Assembly: GCA_977862235.1 (NCBI GenBank)
Contig: OZ374558.1
Coordinates: forward strand, 3,286,001 to 3,350,000
Direction of reading: 5' to 3'
Source of the DNA: Dudresnaya verticillata
Lineage: Eukaryota
Length of the DNA: 64,000 bases
Shown: piece after piece, positions 47,600-58,482 of the stretch
Numbering within the stretch: position 1 is the first letter of the stretch
How the letters are laid out: each line of letters starts with the position of its first letter
Translations under genes and position numbers: made by a program
The notes under the pieces: generated by a model
Databases searched by the model: none
What the model was told of the DNA's origin: nothing
What the model saw: the letters and a program-made list of their open reading frames with translations, nothing else

Positions 47600-48270
47600 G
47601 CTGTATTTGAGTAGAAGCGCCATCAGTTGAATCGAATATCTTAACCAATCCAGTGGTTCAATTGAACCCCCTTTTCATGGCAAGGAAGAGATCGAACTGT
47701 TCTTGGACAGTGTGGCATTTGGAGCGATGCAGCCGTGAATGTTGAATCAAAGCGTCTGCAACTTTATAGGATATGTTTCGCAAGCGGTACGTATGTTGCT
47801 TGCCTCCTTTCAGAGACTTGAGCAGCCCCTGCAGGAAGTACGGTTGCTGTAGAGTGGGCTGCAGAAGCAGCATGAGTAGTGAGGTCATAACCAAGTACAT
47901 GAATCAGATAAGGCAGGATCATCTAACCCCGAGTACAAGTGGCGAAAGTCTTCCTGGCATCCGAACGACCACTCTTGTATCACAGAAAGCAAGATATATG
48001 AATGACGTATACGAAAGAAGTGGAGATCACGAATAAAATTGCGATGATGAGTCGAACCTTGGGCAGGGAGGCTCGTCGAAGCATACTAGCACAAAGTATA
48101 GAGGTAAACAGTTCGACTGGAGATTGAGAGATAAGCAGAGCAGGGTGGATTTGGCAGAAACGCAGGTTCTCCTAGGCGTATATCTATCATGGTAGCCATC
48201 TAGCTGTTGAAGCGGAGATGAGCCAGCGTAGATAGGGAAAAGAAGCAAAGGCCTGCGAGATTCCAAAATC
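47600..48270 (-). mobile_element. Degenerate CRE-like RLE fragment
   Basis: Frameshifted pieces YDLTT...GAAQVSERRQATY and FLAMKRG resemble FDVTV...AAATLAERPKRAHY and FLATMKG. Confidence 0.45.
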
Positions 48271-48300
48271 AAAAATGGGTCTATATTGAGAGCAAACGGG

Positions 48301-48368
48301 AAGCCCCCTAAGGGGCTTTAGCAATAGAACTAAAAGCGGGGTGACAGTTTACGCCGATTAACGCTATC
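48301..48368 (-). mobile_element. Very short CRE-like 3' end with terminal hairpin
   Basis: Encodes VNRRKLSPRF* followed by AAGCCCCTTAGGGGGCTT, like the 30435-30451 end. Confidence 0.55.
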
Positions 48369-48585
48369 GGGGACACAATGAACTAAGGAGAGAAAGCGAG
48401 ATTATAATAAAAAGAAGCTGGAAGTGCTCAAAGGAATATTGCTGCGATCAGAGTGTTGTATGTTCTGTTGACGTACGTTTACTTTAATGTCCGGAAGGCT
48501 TCATGTCTAACCAAAGAGAAGATTTGCTATTGAAAGGATGGAAAATAGTAAGAAAGCCAAGAAGGCATTGCTACTGCATTGATGG

Positions 48586-50811
48586 TTAACATCCATCATG
48601 CCGCTTAAGTGCAGATTCCAGAATCACACACATTCGCGTATAGTCAGGTTCTTGTGAAAACGTCAAGCCCTTGACGTACTCTAGAAATTCAAGGAGTTGA
48701 GTCGGAAGGCCATCACAAAGCTCTTCACTACGGCAAGAGTTTTTCTGCTCCCCTATCTCCCTCCAGTTGTTCCCCTCCCATGGGAGAGATCCCCTCAGCA
48801 GCTCAACCAGAATGTACCCAAGGGATTCTAGATCATCCCTCCTGGATAGAGAATTTTTCTCATGAGCATGCCTAGAAGCATAACGATTCGTACCATTGAA
48901 CGTGTTCCGCTGCAGATTGAATACATGATCAGATGTTCCTTCGTGCAGGTATCGGGCGGATCGCTCATAATTGATGATGTGTATTGTCCAAGTGTCTCTA
49001 CCGAAGGCAATATTGGCCGGACTTAAATCACCATGCACAATACCTCTCGCATGAATATGCTTGAGCTGCAACACCAGAATAATGCCAATCTCGAAAGCTG
49101 CATTGTCGGTAATTTGCCCAAGCCTTTCTGGAAAAAGCTGATTCAAGGACCGCCCAAACCGGTCCATCACGAGGAAGTTGTGGTGTTTGTCTTCCTCATA
49201 GTAATGGACACGCGGAATACCAAGTTTGGGGGCTTCATCCGTCTTGAGAAGTCGGTAAATTTCGTTCTCATGGCGCAGCGTAAGAGAACTTCCACCCATC
49301 GTGGTCCTTGTTTCTGCCTTAATCACCACAGATTCCTGCAGCTGCAAGTCAGTACCTTCAAATACTTCTACCTGGCCACCGGATCCAATCCTTCCACCAA
49401 TCCTGTACCGACACCCAACCTCAAATCCTGTGAGTGGGGTAGGAACTGTAGGAGCTGGTTTCCAGACAGTGGTGAAAAGGGGCATTGAAGCTTGGCTGGA
49501 TGTGTCTTCTCTAATTTCTCCGCTTTCGAGACTTTCGTTGGCCCCCGCATCATTTCCCTTGGGAGGACTGTATCCATTGCTATTCGCTTTCTCCTCCTTT
49601 AAGTCTAGCGTTGTTTGATTTTGTTTCCCCCGGTTTCCCATATCACCACTTGAAGAATGGGCAGTAGCACTGGGGGTACTTTGATGCTCTTCGTCTTCAC
49701 ACCACTCGGAGTATAAGGTGAGCTCCTCCTTATAAAGTCTCGTAGACATTCTCAAGGAAATTCGTTCCAAAGTGTCAATCTCCCAATCCTTCTCCTTTTC
49801 GCTCTCTGTAACGACTCGCTCCTCGTTCAGCTCCAGGATGTAGGCTTGTAATCTTTCAATCCGCTCTCTTTCCTCCTTGAGCTCCTCTCTGCGTTCCAGC
49901 TCTTCCTCTTCTTTTTGATTTTCTGTGCGGCGCACGGCTTCCTCCAATTCTCCTGCTTTCTCCTCCAATTCACTGACTATTTTCATCTGCCTAGCGAAGT
50001 CAGCCTCCTTTTCTGCTAAAAGCGTTTCCTGCTTCACCTCCAACTCAAGGAGTTGTTGGTTGTGTTGTTCTCGTAAGGCCAGTATTATGTCTTGAAGTTT
50101 CTCATTTTCATATTTAGCTTCCTGCTGGCTGTCCGGAAAAGGAACATCTGGAGCTTCAGCCAAATCATTCTGCTCATGTCCACTATTACAATGACTGCTT
50201 CTGATTTCATCATTGGCCTCCAGTGCCGTCATGGAAGGGCTGACATTCAAACGTGCTCTGGTGCTTTGCAGGAGAACATGAGTGTAGCCCGTTGGTATGG
50301 TAGAATCATGCTGGGATTCCGGAAGGTATTGATCGGAAGATTTCGGCGTCATCACCTGTGAACCCGATGAAGACTGGCCACTGAGGTTTCCTGACAGGCT
50401 GGAAGGTCGCACATTCCGAATCTCTTGTCGTACCGGCGTATTATTCTGGTTGTGGAGCACAGGTGTACCAAAAGGAGTACTGTCGGAATCCTCTTGACTT
50501 TCTTCTGAGTTGTGATCACCACAGCAATCAGTCAAGCAGCCGCGTAACACACTAAGACACTGCGTTCCGAAACCGGGGCTGCTTCGTGGACGGAAGAGAG
50601 GAACGCGGTTACGACGAAAGGTTTCAGGGAAAGCAATTAGCTTCTTGCCTAGATTCATTTTTCCTGAACGACGTCCACCGAAGGAAAGCCGATTAATTCT
50701 GAAGGTCGAACGACGTTGCGCTTCTTCAATGTTGCTGAAAGACTCAGTGCTTAAGAAAGAACTCTCTCCACTGACCCTCGCTTGGACAGAAGCGTTGTCA
50801 ACCGTCTCCAT
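48586..50811 (-). CDS. Casein kinase 1-like protein with long acidic/coiled-coil N-terminus, probable pseudokinase, 741 aa
   Basis: IGSGG, VVIK, GTNRYAS, SRRDDLESLGY, LPW and EPDY are CK1 signatures; catalytic loop HGDLSPAN; DFG position reads NYE. Confidence 0.9.
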   Translation of the reverse strand: METVDNASVQARVSGESSFLSTESFSNIEEAQRRSTFRINRLSFGGRRSGKMNLGKKLIAFPETFRRNRVPLFRPRSSPGFGTQCLSVLRGCLTDCCGDHNSEESQEDSDSTPFGTPVLHNQNNTPVRQEIRNVRPSSLSGNLSGQSSSGSQVMTPKSSDQYLPESQHDSTIPTGYTHVLLQSTRARLNVSPSMTALEANDEIRSSHCNSGHEQNDLAEAPDVPFPDSQQEAKYENEKLQDIILALREQHNQQLLELEVKQETLLAEKEADFARQMKIVSELEEKAGELEEAVRRTENQKEEEELERREELKEERERIERLQAYILELNEERVVTESEKEKDWEIDTLERISLRMSTRLYKEELTLYSEWCEDEEHQSTPSATAHSSSGDMGNRGKQNQTTLDLKEEKANSNGYSPPKGNDAGANESLESGEIREDTSSQASMPLFTTVWKPAPTVPTPLTGFEVGCRYRIGGRIGSGGQVEVFEGTDLQLQESVVIKAETRTTMGGSSLTLRHENEIYRLLKTDEAPKLGIPRVHYYEEDKHHNFLVMDRFGRSLNQLFPERLGQITDNAAFEIGIILVLQLKHIHARGIVHGDLSPANIAFGRDTWTIHIINYERSARYLHEGTSDHVFNLQRNTFNGTNRYASRHAHEKNSLSRRDDLESLGYILVELLRGSLPWEGNNWREIGEQKNSCRSEELCDGLPTQLLEFLEYVKGLTFSQEPDYTRMCVILESALKRHDGC

Positions 50812-51923
50812 TGTGGCAGTCTGCAGGACTTCGAGGCTGACTCCGAAGACTGCAGGACTGGGGTCGAGTGGCTGAAGTGATGCAGGGATCCGTGCCTACC
50901 TTTAAGGGAGGGCTTGGTCTGTGTTAACAAAGAGAGTTGGTAGTACAGCGTGAAGGAGTGCTGGCGGGTGAACTGCAAGTCGTGGTGCGAGGAGAAGAGA
51001 GGAGAGGAGAGTGGATACATGGGGAGCAGTCAGCGCTTATGTACCCACCGCAACATACCCTGATCTTCACGAGTATCACAAAGAAACGGGTAGAACCAGT
51101 AGGCGGAACGGTACCTTTTCCAGTAAGCGTAACGATCAGGTGTGTCTGTACAAAGTGCCTCGCTTCAGAATAACGCCCACAAAGAAATGACACCTGATCT
51201 GCTCGTCAACTTGCGTTTCAGCAGATCAGAAAGAGCATTCCTACTCAACCATCTAGAATTTGTTGCGTCTTGTGGGCCCAGCTGAGAATAAACGGCTATG
51301 GATGGTGCGCGAAAAGGTTGTTTGGTCTTAGGAGCTTGATATGACTTGTAATTACGGGCCATAATTACTTCCCCAGTACCAGAGTCCGTTACTGGATAAA
51401 ACGTGACTATGTTGCGGGAAACAAGGGGGAGTTTCTCAGAAGAATGGCCAGAAGCATTCACATTGTTAGAATTGAGCATCGGGAATCAGATCTATGGTAA
51501 TTTGCGCCAGAGGCTAGCCGCACTCTACGTCGCAAGGTGCCCCGCAAGCTCCCAAAAGAACATTTTACATTTCTCTTTACGTGACACGGTCATGTTCGTG
51601 GGCTCATAATGGGATGAAGCGAAAAATGAAAACCCTTGAGAAGTGTTTAGTGAAAGCAAGAGGCTTTGGCTAGAAGAAATAGAAAAAGCAAACGTGAAAG
51701 CAAAAACGAGCGAAAGTCATGTTGTTCTTTATTGTCACTTGCTGCCAACTATCTGTTCTACCTCCTAGTCCCCATTTGTATCCTTAGAATAGCTAAGTAG
51801 CCCACTTGCAATCTTCTCCTTAAAGGCCTCCTAACTTCTTGATTGATTGTTAATAGCGGTCCTACATTGACAACCGAGGCACATTTGCATCTGTAGGAGA
51901 TGTAGGAGGGCTCCGTTGTCACC

Positions 51924-52295
51924 TTAATCATCATGGCAGGTCCTGTGGCCTGATGAGGCACTTCTGGGATGATAGAGAGCGTAATGGGGTGAGTTTTCTT
52001 GGGTACATAGTCTACGTCTGTTGTTGAGGGCCAAAGAGATCTTAGATAGATCTGGAAGGGAGAAGGATACGTCTAAAGAATCAGATCTCGAGAGTAGTTG
52101 AAGGTGTGCTGCTTGTTCAGACTGGGATATACCCTTTGCAAGACAGTATGAGTGAATTAAGAAGGTTTCCAGATGCCTCGTAAGCCCGAGTTTGTTGTTG
52201 CGGCAGTCGGGAAGCCGAAGGGTAGTAGGTAATGTGGGTGTGGAGGATAAGGGTAGGCTACAAGGCTTCGTCGGCCTCACAGGGATGTTTGCCAT
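51924..52295 (-). mobile_element. Possible degenerate CRE-like 3' fragment
   Basis: ISLALNNRRRL resembles ALAINRRRL; pyrimidine-rich coding strand like the intact element. Weak evidence. Confidence 0.3.
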
Positions 52296-52812
52296 TCGGT
52301 GCGCTCCCAGGTGCGAGCATATGTCGGCTAGTTGTGAAGGTTCGCGGATATTCTCGTTCCTGGAAGCCGGTGGATATCGTTTAGGGATTTTAGATCCGTC
52401 TGTGCGTCACGCTGCTCGGCTACAGACATCAAGAAAGGGTTAGAACACTGCAAAACTCTTGAAGGCGGTGAGCGGGCAAACTAGTTTATGAGTTTCGAAC
52501 TGCTTTCGGTTTGAGCTGGTGGAGGCAAACGCGCGGCTTTTATGTTGTATGTTAGCTAAGTGAATTGATGACTATTCAAAGAATTGAACTACTACCGTAC
52601 AGCATGGATGAAACGGATTGCTGCAATCCATCGATATATCGCGATATATCGTATCTTATCAGTGCCTCACAGCAATGCAAGGTCGGATTGAGCAGGTTGA
52701 AGCTTGTAGTGTTGTCGATACATCGACTCTCCGAGAAAAACTAGCCAAAAGACTGGTTAGTAACCCGCCCACGGCTCGTCTGAGTCCGATGTAGATTGCG
52801 ATATTAAGGCAA

Positions 52813-52842
52813 GCACCCGTGCACCCGTGCACCCGTGCACCC
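52813..52842. repeat. Tandem repeat (GCACCCGT)x3.75
   Basis: Read directly. Confidence 0.9.
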
Positions 52843-54034
52843 CTTACGCTAGATGGGCGTTCTTGCAGCTATACTATAGGCTGTGCATGAAAGCCCTACT
52901 TGGCATGCTACTGAAGGGGACAGCTACGGCTATCAACAGAGCTCTGCGATAAGTGATTCGCAGATCTGCATGAATAGGCGTACCTACACTGCTACGCCGA
53001 TCTCTTGCGCCTCTCGTAGTGGGTCAACCCCGAATTGCTGAGTCCAGCGAGGATATGTGGGAGCGGCTTTCCCTCCCTTCTTCAATGAAGGACTGGACGG
53101 TACCCCTTCTGCTGCGCGATACTTTTGGGGCATTGCAAGAGTATGCTCAAAAGGCCACTTGGCCCGATCAAGTGTGTCGGCCACTTTGTCAGTGGCCCTA
53201 CTGCGTACAGTGGTACTGCTGCGATACGAAACCACCAATCGTTTGGTTGTTGAGTTACGAAACCGAAACGGCCAATCGTTGTCAGGCAGATGCAATGCAG
53301 CGCAATTTGTAGAGTACTGCGGGCCAAAAAAAGGCGAGCAGATGCGATACGATGAGCGGGAACAGTAAGGCCGGGCCCTTCCCACAGCCCACACCCTTTC
53401 GCGTCTGGCCCATTCAGACAATCCGCCGGGGCCTCGCCTGAGACCATAACATCGCGACCCCGAAACGGACTGGACCCTAGAGTGTTGCGGAAGCTTCTCG
53501 GGCATTGCTGAGAGAAGGTGAAGCATCCGTAACGAGCTAGTAAAAGTGCAGATCTGCTCCTCCATCACGCCTTTGGTAACCGTTCACCAGAATGAGCATG
53601 AAACTGCTCTTGTAGGCATATGCCCCCTTAACTCGCACTGTACAGAACGCACACTTGGAAAGACGGTACGGGGCACAAAGCATCTGCTCGTTTGGATTGC
53701 TTGAAAAGTAGCCGTTTCCTGCAACCTCATACTCTGCTTCGGCGTGTGACCAATGCCGTACGGTTCAGGCCCGTTTCCGAGAGTGCATAAACCCTTCCCA
53801 GCCCGCGGATTCCCATTCTCCTTTCCGCCCAACACCAACGAGGACTGCTCCGCCGAACACCAACCAGGACTGCTCCCCAAGTTCTCTTCGACTTTGCACC
53901 CCAACCTCCTCCCGAAGACACACTTCTAACCCGACTTCGTTGCTAGAAGCTTTTTCGCGACGCAAACAAGTCTCTCTACCTCAACTCTGTACGCTACTGA
54001 GTCTTGGAACTGGCGTTTCCCCACTACTTCTAGA

Positions 54035-56215
54035 ATGGAGACAGCCGCGGATGTTTCTCCACAAGCAAGGATCCACACGCAGGAGCCTTTGTTGACCCCG
54101 CAGGTTTCGCACAAGGTCCAAGAAGAGCCGCACCGCCCAGGCTTCAGTCCCTTTCTCCGCTTCCGCCGAGTTCTTGCAGGGAGTACGACTGGCAATAACA
54201 GGCAAGCTTCTTCTTGTCAGCATTCTCATCGTCTCCGAGACCGACTTCGCCGTTCCCTAAAGAACAATCCATCCAGAAAGCGGTCCCTTCGTGCCTTGCG
54301 GAACTGCTTTTTTGGTTGCTCTGGTGCTCGGAAAGAAAGAGGCGATGAGGAGGATTCGGACAGTACTTCCTTTGGTACTCATACTTCCCCAAGTCAGGCA
54401 AACACACCCACCATTCAGGAGCTGCTGGAAGTTCCAGATTCCAACCCTGTAGGAGAACACAAGGACCACGCTTCATCGGCCTCACAGATGATATTGCAGA
54501 GATCTTCAGTTCATCAGCTTGCAGGAGACCAAGATCAATCAACTAGCCAAGCAGGAAACATTGTGGATGATATGCAAGAGGAACAGGTCGTTGTAGATGA
54601 GGGCCCTGAGACGATTCCACAGGAGGGTAGTGAAATCGAATCTGTCCATGAAGGAGAGGAGCAAAATTTCTTGACTGCGGTGAATCCGGGACCTCTCTCG
54701 GACAGTAGCCAAATAGATAGTGTCAATAGTCATTATGTTCATGAGGATTTGTTGGCTGTGCATGAAATTCATAACCAACAATTGCTTGATCTCACGGTCA
54801 GGCTCCACAAGGAAGTGGTCGACAAGGATACAGAGTTTGAAAAGTCTGTGGGAACTATCAAAACTCTTGAGCAGGAGGAGGCGAGTTTGGAAGAAACAGT
54901 GCGCCATATGGGCAAGCAAATGGAAGAAGATAACTCGAAACGAGGAGAAGAGAAAGAAAATAACAACGAGCTGATTAACGAATCGCAGGTTTACCTTGGC
55001 GCCCTGAACGAAGAGCGGACCGCAAAAGAGCATGAACAAGAGAAGCAGTGGAAGAATGAAATCGCAGAACGAATGTTTCTGCGAATGTCTACGAGACTAT
55101 ATATCGAGGAAATTACCTCTTACCAGCTCGAGACTGGAAAAGACTCGGAAGGAGGTACTCCGTGGGATAGTTCTCAAGCTCTTAACGGTGATACGAGCAA
55201 GAGCGGAAAAGACATGGAGGGAGAAGGGCATTATGGTGATTCCAGCAGGAGTTCTCGCAATGGAACGGTTGCGAGGCACAAAGAAGAACTCAAGTGCGGA
55301 GAAATCCGGGATGACCGACAAAGCCAAGCTTCGAGCCCTGTCTCCACGACTGTCCCAGAATCAGGCCATTCATCTTCCAGCCCCCTCACAGGGTTTTATG
55401 TTGGGGGCAGGTACAGGATTGATATGAGTATCGGGTCTGGTGACCAAGCGGAATTGTTCGAAGGTACTGACATGAAGCTACAGATGCCAGTAACGATTAA
55501 GGCAGAGCAAAGGATCACGACTGATGGCGTTTCTGTTTCGCTGCACCATGAGAATGAGGTTTACAGGCTTCTCAAAACAGAAGAAAGCTCCAAACTCGGT
55601 ATTCCATGTGTCCATTACTATGAGGAAGGCAAACATCACAACTTTCTTGTGATGGACCAATTTGGGCTATCCTTGAGCCAACTGTTTTTCAAAAGGCTTG
55701 GAAAAATACCGCACGATACAGTGTTCGAGATTGGCATTATTCTCGTGCTGCAACTCGAGTATATTCATGCAAGAGGTGTTGTGCATGGTGATCTAAAGCC
55801 GGCCAATATTGTCTTCGGCAAAAATGCTTGGACAACCCACATCATTGATTACGGACTATCCGTCCGATACCTACATGAGGGGACAAAAGATCACGTGTTC
55901 AACTTCCAACGGGACGCATTATATGGTACGAGTCGGTACGCTTCACGTCATGCTCATGAGAAATGGTCTCTGTCGAGGAGAGACGATCTCGAGTCCCTGG
56001 GATATATTCTCGTTGAGCTACTGAGAGGATCTCTCCCGTGGAAAGGGAACGACTGGGTGGAGATTGGGGAGAAGAAAAACTCTTGTCGTGACGAAGAGCT
56101 TTGTGATGGGCTTCCTACTCAAATGCTTGAATTTCTAGAATACGTCAAGGGCTTGGCTTTTGCACAAGATCCGGACTATAAGCGACTGTGCACGATTCTG
56201 GAATCTGCTCTTTAG
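54035..56215 (+). CDS. Casein kinase 1-like protein kinase with long acidic/coiled-coil N-terminus, 726 aa
   Basis: IGSG, VTIK, HGDLKPAN, IIDYGLS, GTSRYAS, SRRDDLESLGY; colinear paralogue of 48586-50811 over its full length. Confidence 0.92.
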   Translation: METAADVSPQARIHTQEPLLTPQVSHKVQEEPHRPGFSPFLRFRRVLAGSTTGNNRQASSCQHSHRLRDRLRRSLKNNPSRKRSLRALRNCFFGCSGARKERGDEEDSDSTSFGTHTSPSQANTPTIQELLEVPDSNPVGEHKDHASSASQMILQRSSVHQLAGDQDQSTSQAGNIVDDMQEEQVVVDEGPETIPQEGSEIESVHEGEEQNFLTAVNPGPLSDSSQIDSVNSHYVHEDLLAVHEIHNQQLLDLTVRLHKEVVDKDTEFEKSVGTIKTLEQEEASLEETVRHMGKQMEEDNSKRGEEKENNNELINESQVYLGALNEERTAKEHEQEKQWKNEIAERMFLRMSTRLYIEEITSYQLETGKDSEGGTPWDSSQALNGDTSKSGKDMEGEGHYGDSSRSSRNGTVARHKEELKCGEIRDDRQSQASSPVSTTVPESGHSSSSPLTGFYVGGRYRIDMSIGSGDQAELFEGTDMKLQMPVTIKAEQRITTDGVSVSLHHENEVYRLLKTEESSKLGIPCVHYYEEGKHHNFLVMDQFGLSLSQLFFKRLGKIPHDTVFEIGIILVLQLEYIHARGVVHGDLKPANIVFGKNAWTTHIIDYGLSVRYLHEGTKDHVFNFQRDALYGTSRYASRHAHEKWSLSRRDDLESLGYILVELLRGSLPWKGNDWVEIGEKKNSCRDEELCDGLPTQMLEFLEYVKGLAFAQDPDYKRLCTILESAL

Positions 56216-57265
56216 CGTCGGGAGGAGTCCCAACCATAAAGGCAAAAGCGATATCCATCACCGTCTGGTCCAGTCACCACACTGTACATTCGAAGCTCCC
56301 TCCGTGCTTTAACCTGAAACCTGTCTTACATTTGTAGCAACATCACTAGTGCTAACAAATCTTGTAAAGTTCCGGAATAAGTATGCATTTCAGATGGCGC
56401 CATTCCATCTTCATGGCAGGTTTCTCTTCTCTTCCATTATAGTATTTCAGGGATAGTATCCTTCTGCTAAAGAAATCACCAATAAGTCGTCAAAATGATT
56501 CTCTTGAACTAGGTGTGCCAAGTATGTTCATCGATGAACTCTCATGATTGGTGTTTGATGGCTCCGCCATCTCACAAATTTTTGAACATACGTTCTCGTA
56601 CGAAAAGCATGTTTGTTTAGTGTTTCTGCTTTCATTTGACACGCTATTGTATGACAAAAGTAACGGCAATCCTTTTGCTCCTCTCATAATTGTTGCAGCA
56701 ACGAAAATATGTTCGGATGCAATGAGAATGAGTCCACACCAAGTTCTTACTAGGCCAAACAAACCAATAGATTCTTTTTGAGCACCGTCTGAAGGAAGAG
56801 GAGCGGCCCGATATCGCAATCGGGATAGCTAGTCCCTTGGAGGTAACAAGGAACCCAAGCAAATACTATCTTGTTGGCAACATTCACAGAACCACTCTGA
56901 GGCCTCCAAGCGATGTCTTGTGTCTGCGACGAAGGAGAGACTGCGATGGATTTATATCCAGAAAGGACTTGTAGATCGATCTACTTGAATGAGATGGGCT
57001 GCACAGCGGCCGAGACAACGTGATTGCAGTGGGTTGCAGTTTCGAAGCCATAGAAAACACAACCTTTGGAACAGAGTATTGGTCTATGCTTCCAGCGTAG
57101 GACCAGTAGAAACAGCATTAAAGAAAATTTCAGCTCCTACTGCAAGCTTGATATGTTCTATGACCGCCCTCGTGGTTGCCGTTTTCAAGGGAAAAAGGAA
57201 GGGTGTACAAATAGAGGTTGTCGTCTCATTGCTCTCTGGAACTTCTTGTTATTCCTGAGTAAAGA

Positions 57266-57268
<3 letters not shown>

Positions 57269-57296
<28 letters not shown>
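57269..57296. repeat. (TC)14 microsatellite
   Basis: Read directly. Confidence 0.95.
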
Positions 57297-58401
57297 GGCT
57301 AATCTCCAAAATCGCCTTGAAAGGTTCTTCACTAAGCGCTAGGTTTTAGGAATAAGGATTCCTTATCTTATGAAGGATTCATCCCTCCCTCCTTATACTG
57401 TTCTTCAGCCCGCGCACACACATGCTTGAGGACTCAAATCCACAACATCCTTAGTGGACCTAGAAAAGCAAACCACTGGGCTATTGTCTGTAGAGAGATG
57501 ATAACTATCGGGACCTAGACGCCAACGAGGACTTAATTATCAAGCCGCAGTGGAGGGCGTTTTGGTATTAGAATACTATTGCTGCACTCTAGAATACCGA
57601 TCTAGAATCGTTCTAACCGTTCTTGTATCTCTAACGATTTAAAAAGTAGTGTAGAGAAAGGAAGGAAACGGATACAAAAGAGTCAGCCCTCTCTGTAGGA
57701 GTTTGGTGAGAGGACACAGTTTCCACAATTAATTAAGTTCCACAAAAACAATTAAGCATAGCACGGAGTTTACATGCCGCTACTCTTGTGGATTTTTTGA
57801 CCTTGCGCTGCCGTGCTCCCTTAGATCCTACGCTGCGTAGCTACGCCGTATAGATTTAAATCTCTCTTCAAGTCAACGCCCTTGAAAGCGTTTCATATTC
57901 TCTGGAGACAGGATTTGAATGCTTATTTCATTTACAAGGGATACGGCTGCCTTTGTTACAGCTTTCGTGAAGAGAACTTCACGCCGAAGAAATGTTCCGT
58001 GTACAAGACGATGAGAAGGGTCATCGTCGACGACTCCACGTCGTCAAAAAATTATTATTTTGCAGGCGATTTGCGAGGCGTGTGGGAAAGGGCGAAGTAT
58101 GGGCAAGGAAAGTCCAATAGAATCGAACTACTGTACAGCAACACGCGGGTAAAAGCATTTTCATAGCAACTACTGGACAAGATTTTCAAAAGCATATCTG
58201 GGCCAGCCTTGTCAACAGCTACGTGATACTTCCAAACAGCTCTGAAAGTTGTCGTAGCTATTGCAACTTTTCTTTGAGTTGTAGATTGGCTGAAGCTTAA
58301 AATCCATCACCTCAGGAGCCCCGCGTAAGGATACGAGGGGGAACACAAGGCGAGCGACCGGTAGTTGACGGCGACGGAGGTGGCGCGGCGGCCATACTGT
58401 A

Positions 58402-58482
58402 TTTTGTGCGACACTCGCAGTGCGGTGCTGCGCACTGCGCGTGTCGCACAAAAAAAAAAAAAAAAAAAAACGTGCTGCGCAC
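58402..58482. repeat. 23-bp-stem hairpin plus A21 tract, with an 11-bp direct repeat
   Basis: TTTTGTGCGACACTCGCAGTGCG-GTGCTG-CGCACTGCGCGTGTCGCACAAAA (1 mismatch); GTGCTGCGCAC at 58425-58435 and 58472-58482. Confidence 0.85.

Noticed and set aside
52984..53568. 194-aa minus ORF between the kinases
   Set aside because: No motifs; overlapping ORFs of similar size in other frames suggest chance or TE debris.
57694..57845. Weak similarity to the 174-bp solo-LTR family (TGTAG start; GTGCTCCC…AGATCCTAC…GTAG)
   Set aside because: Too diverged, no CA end or TSD; at most a distant relative.
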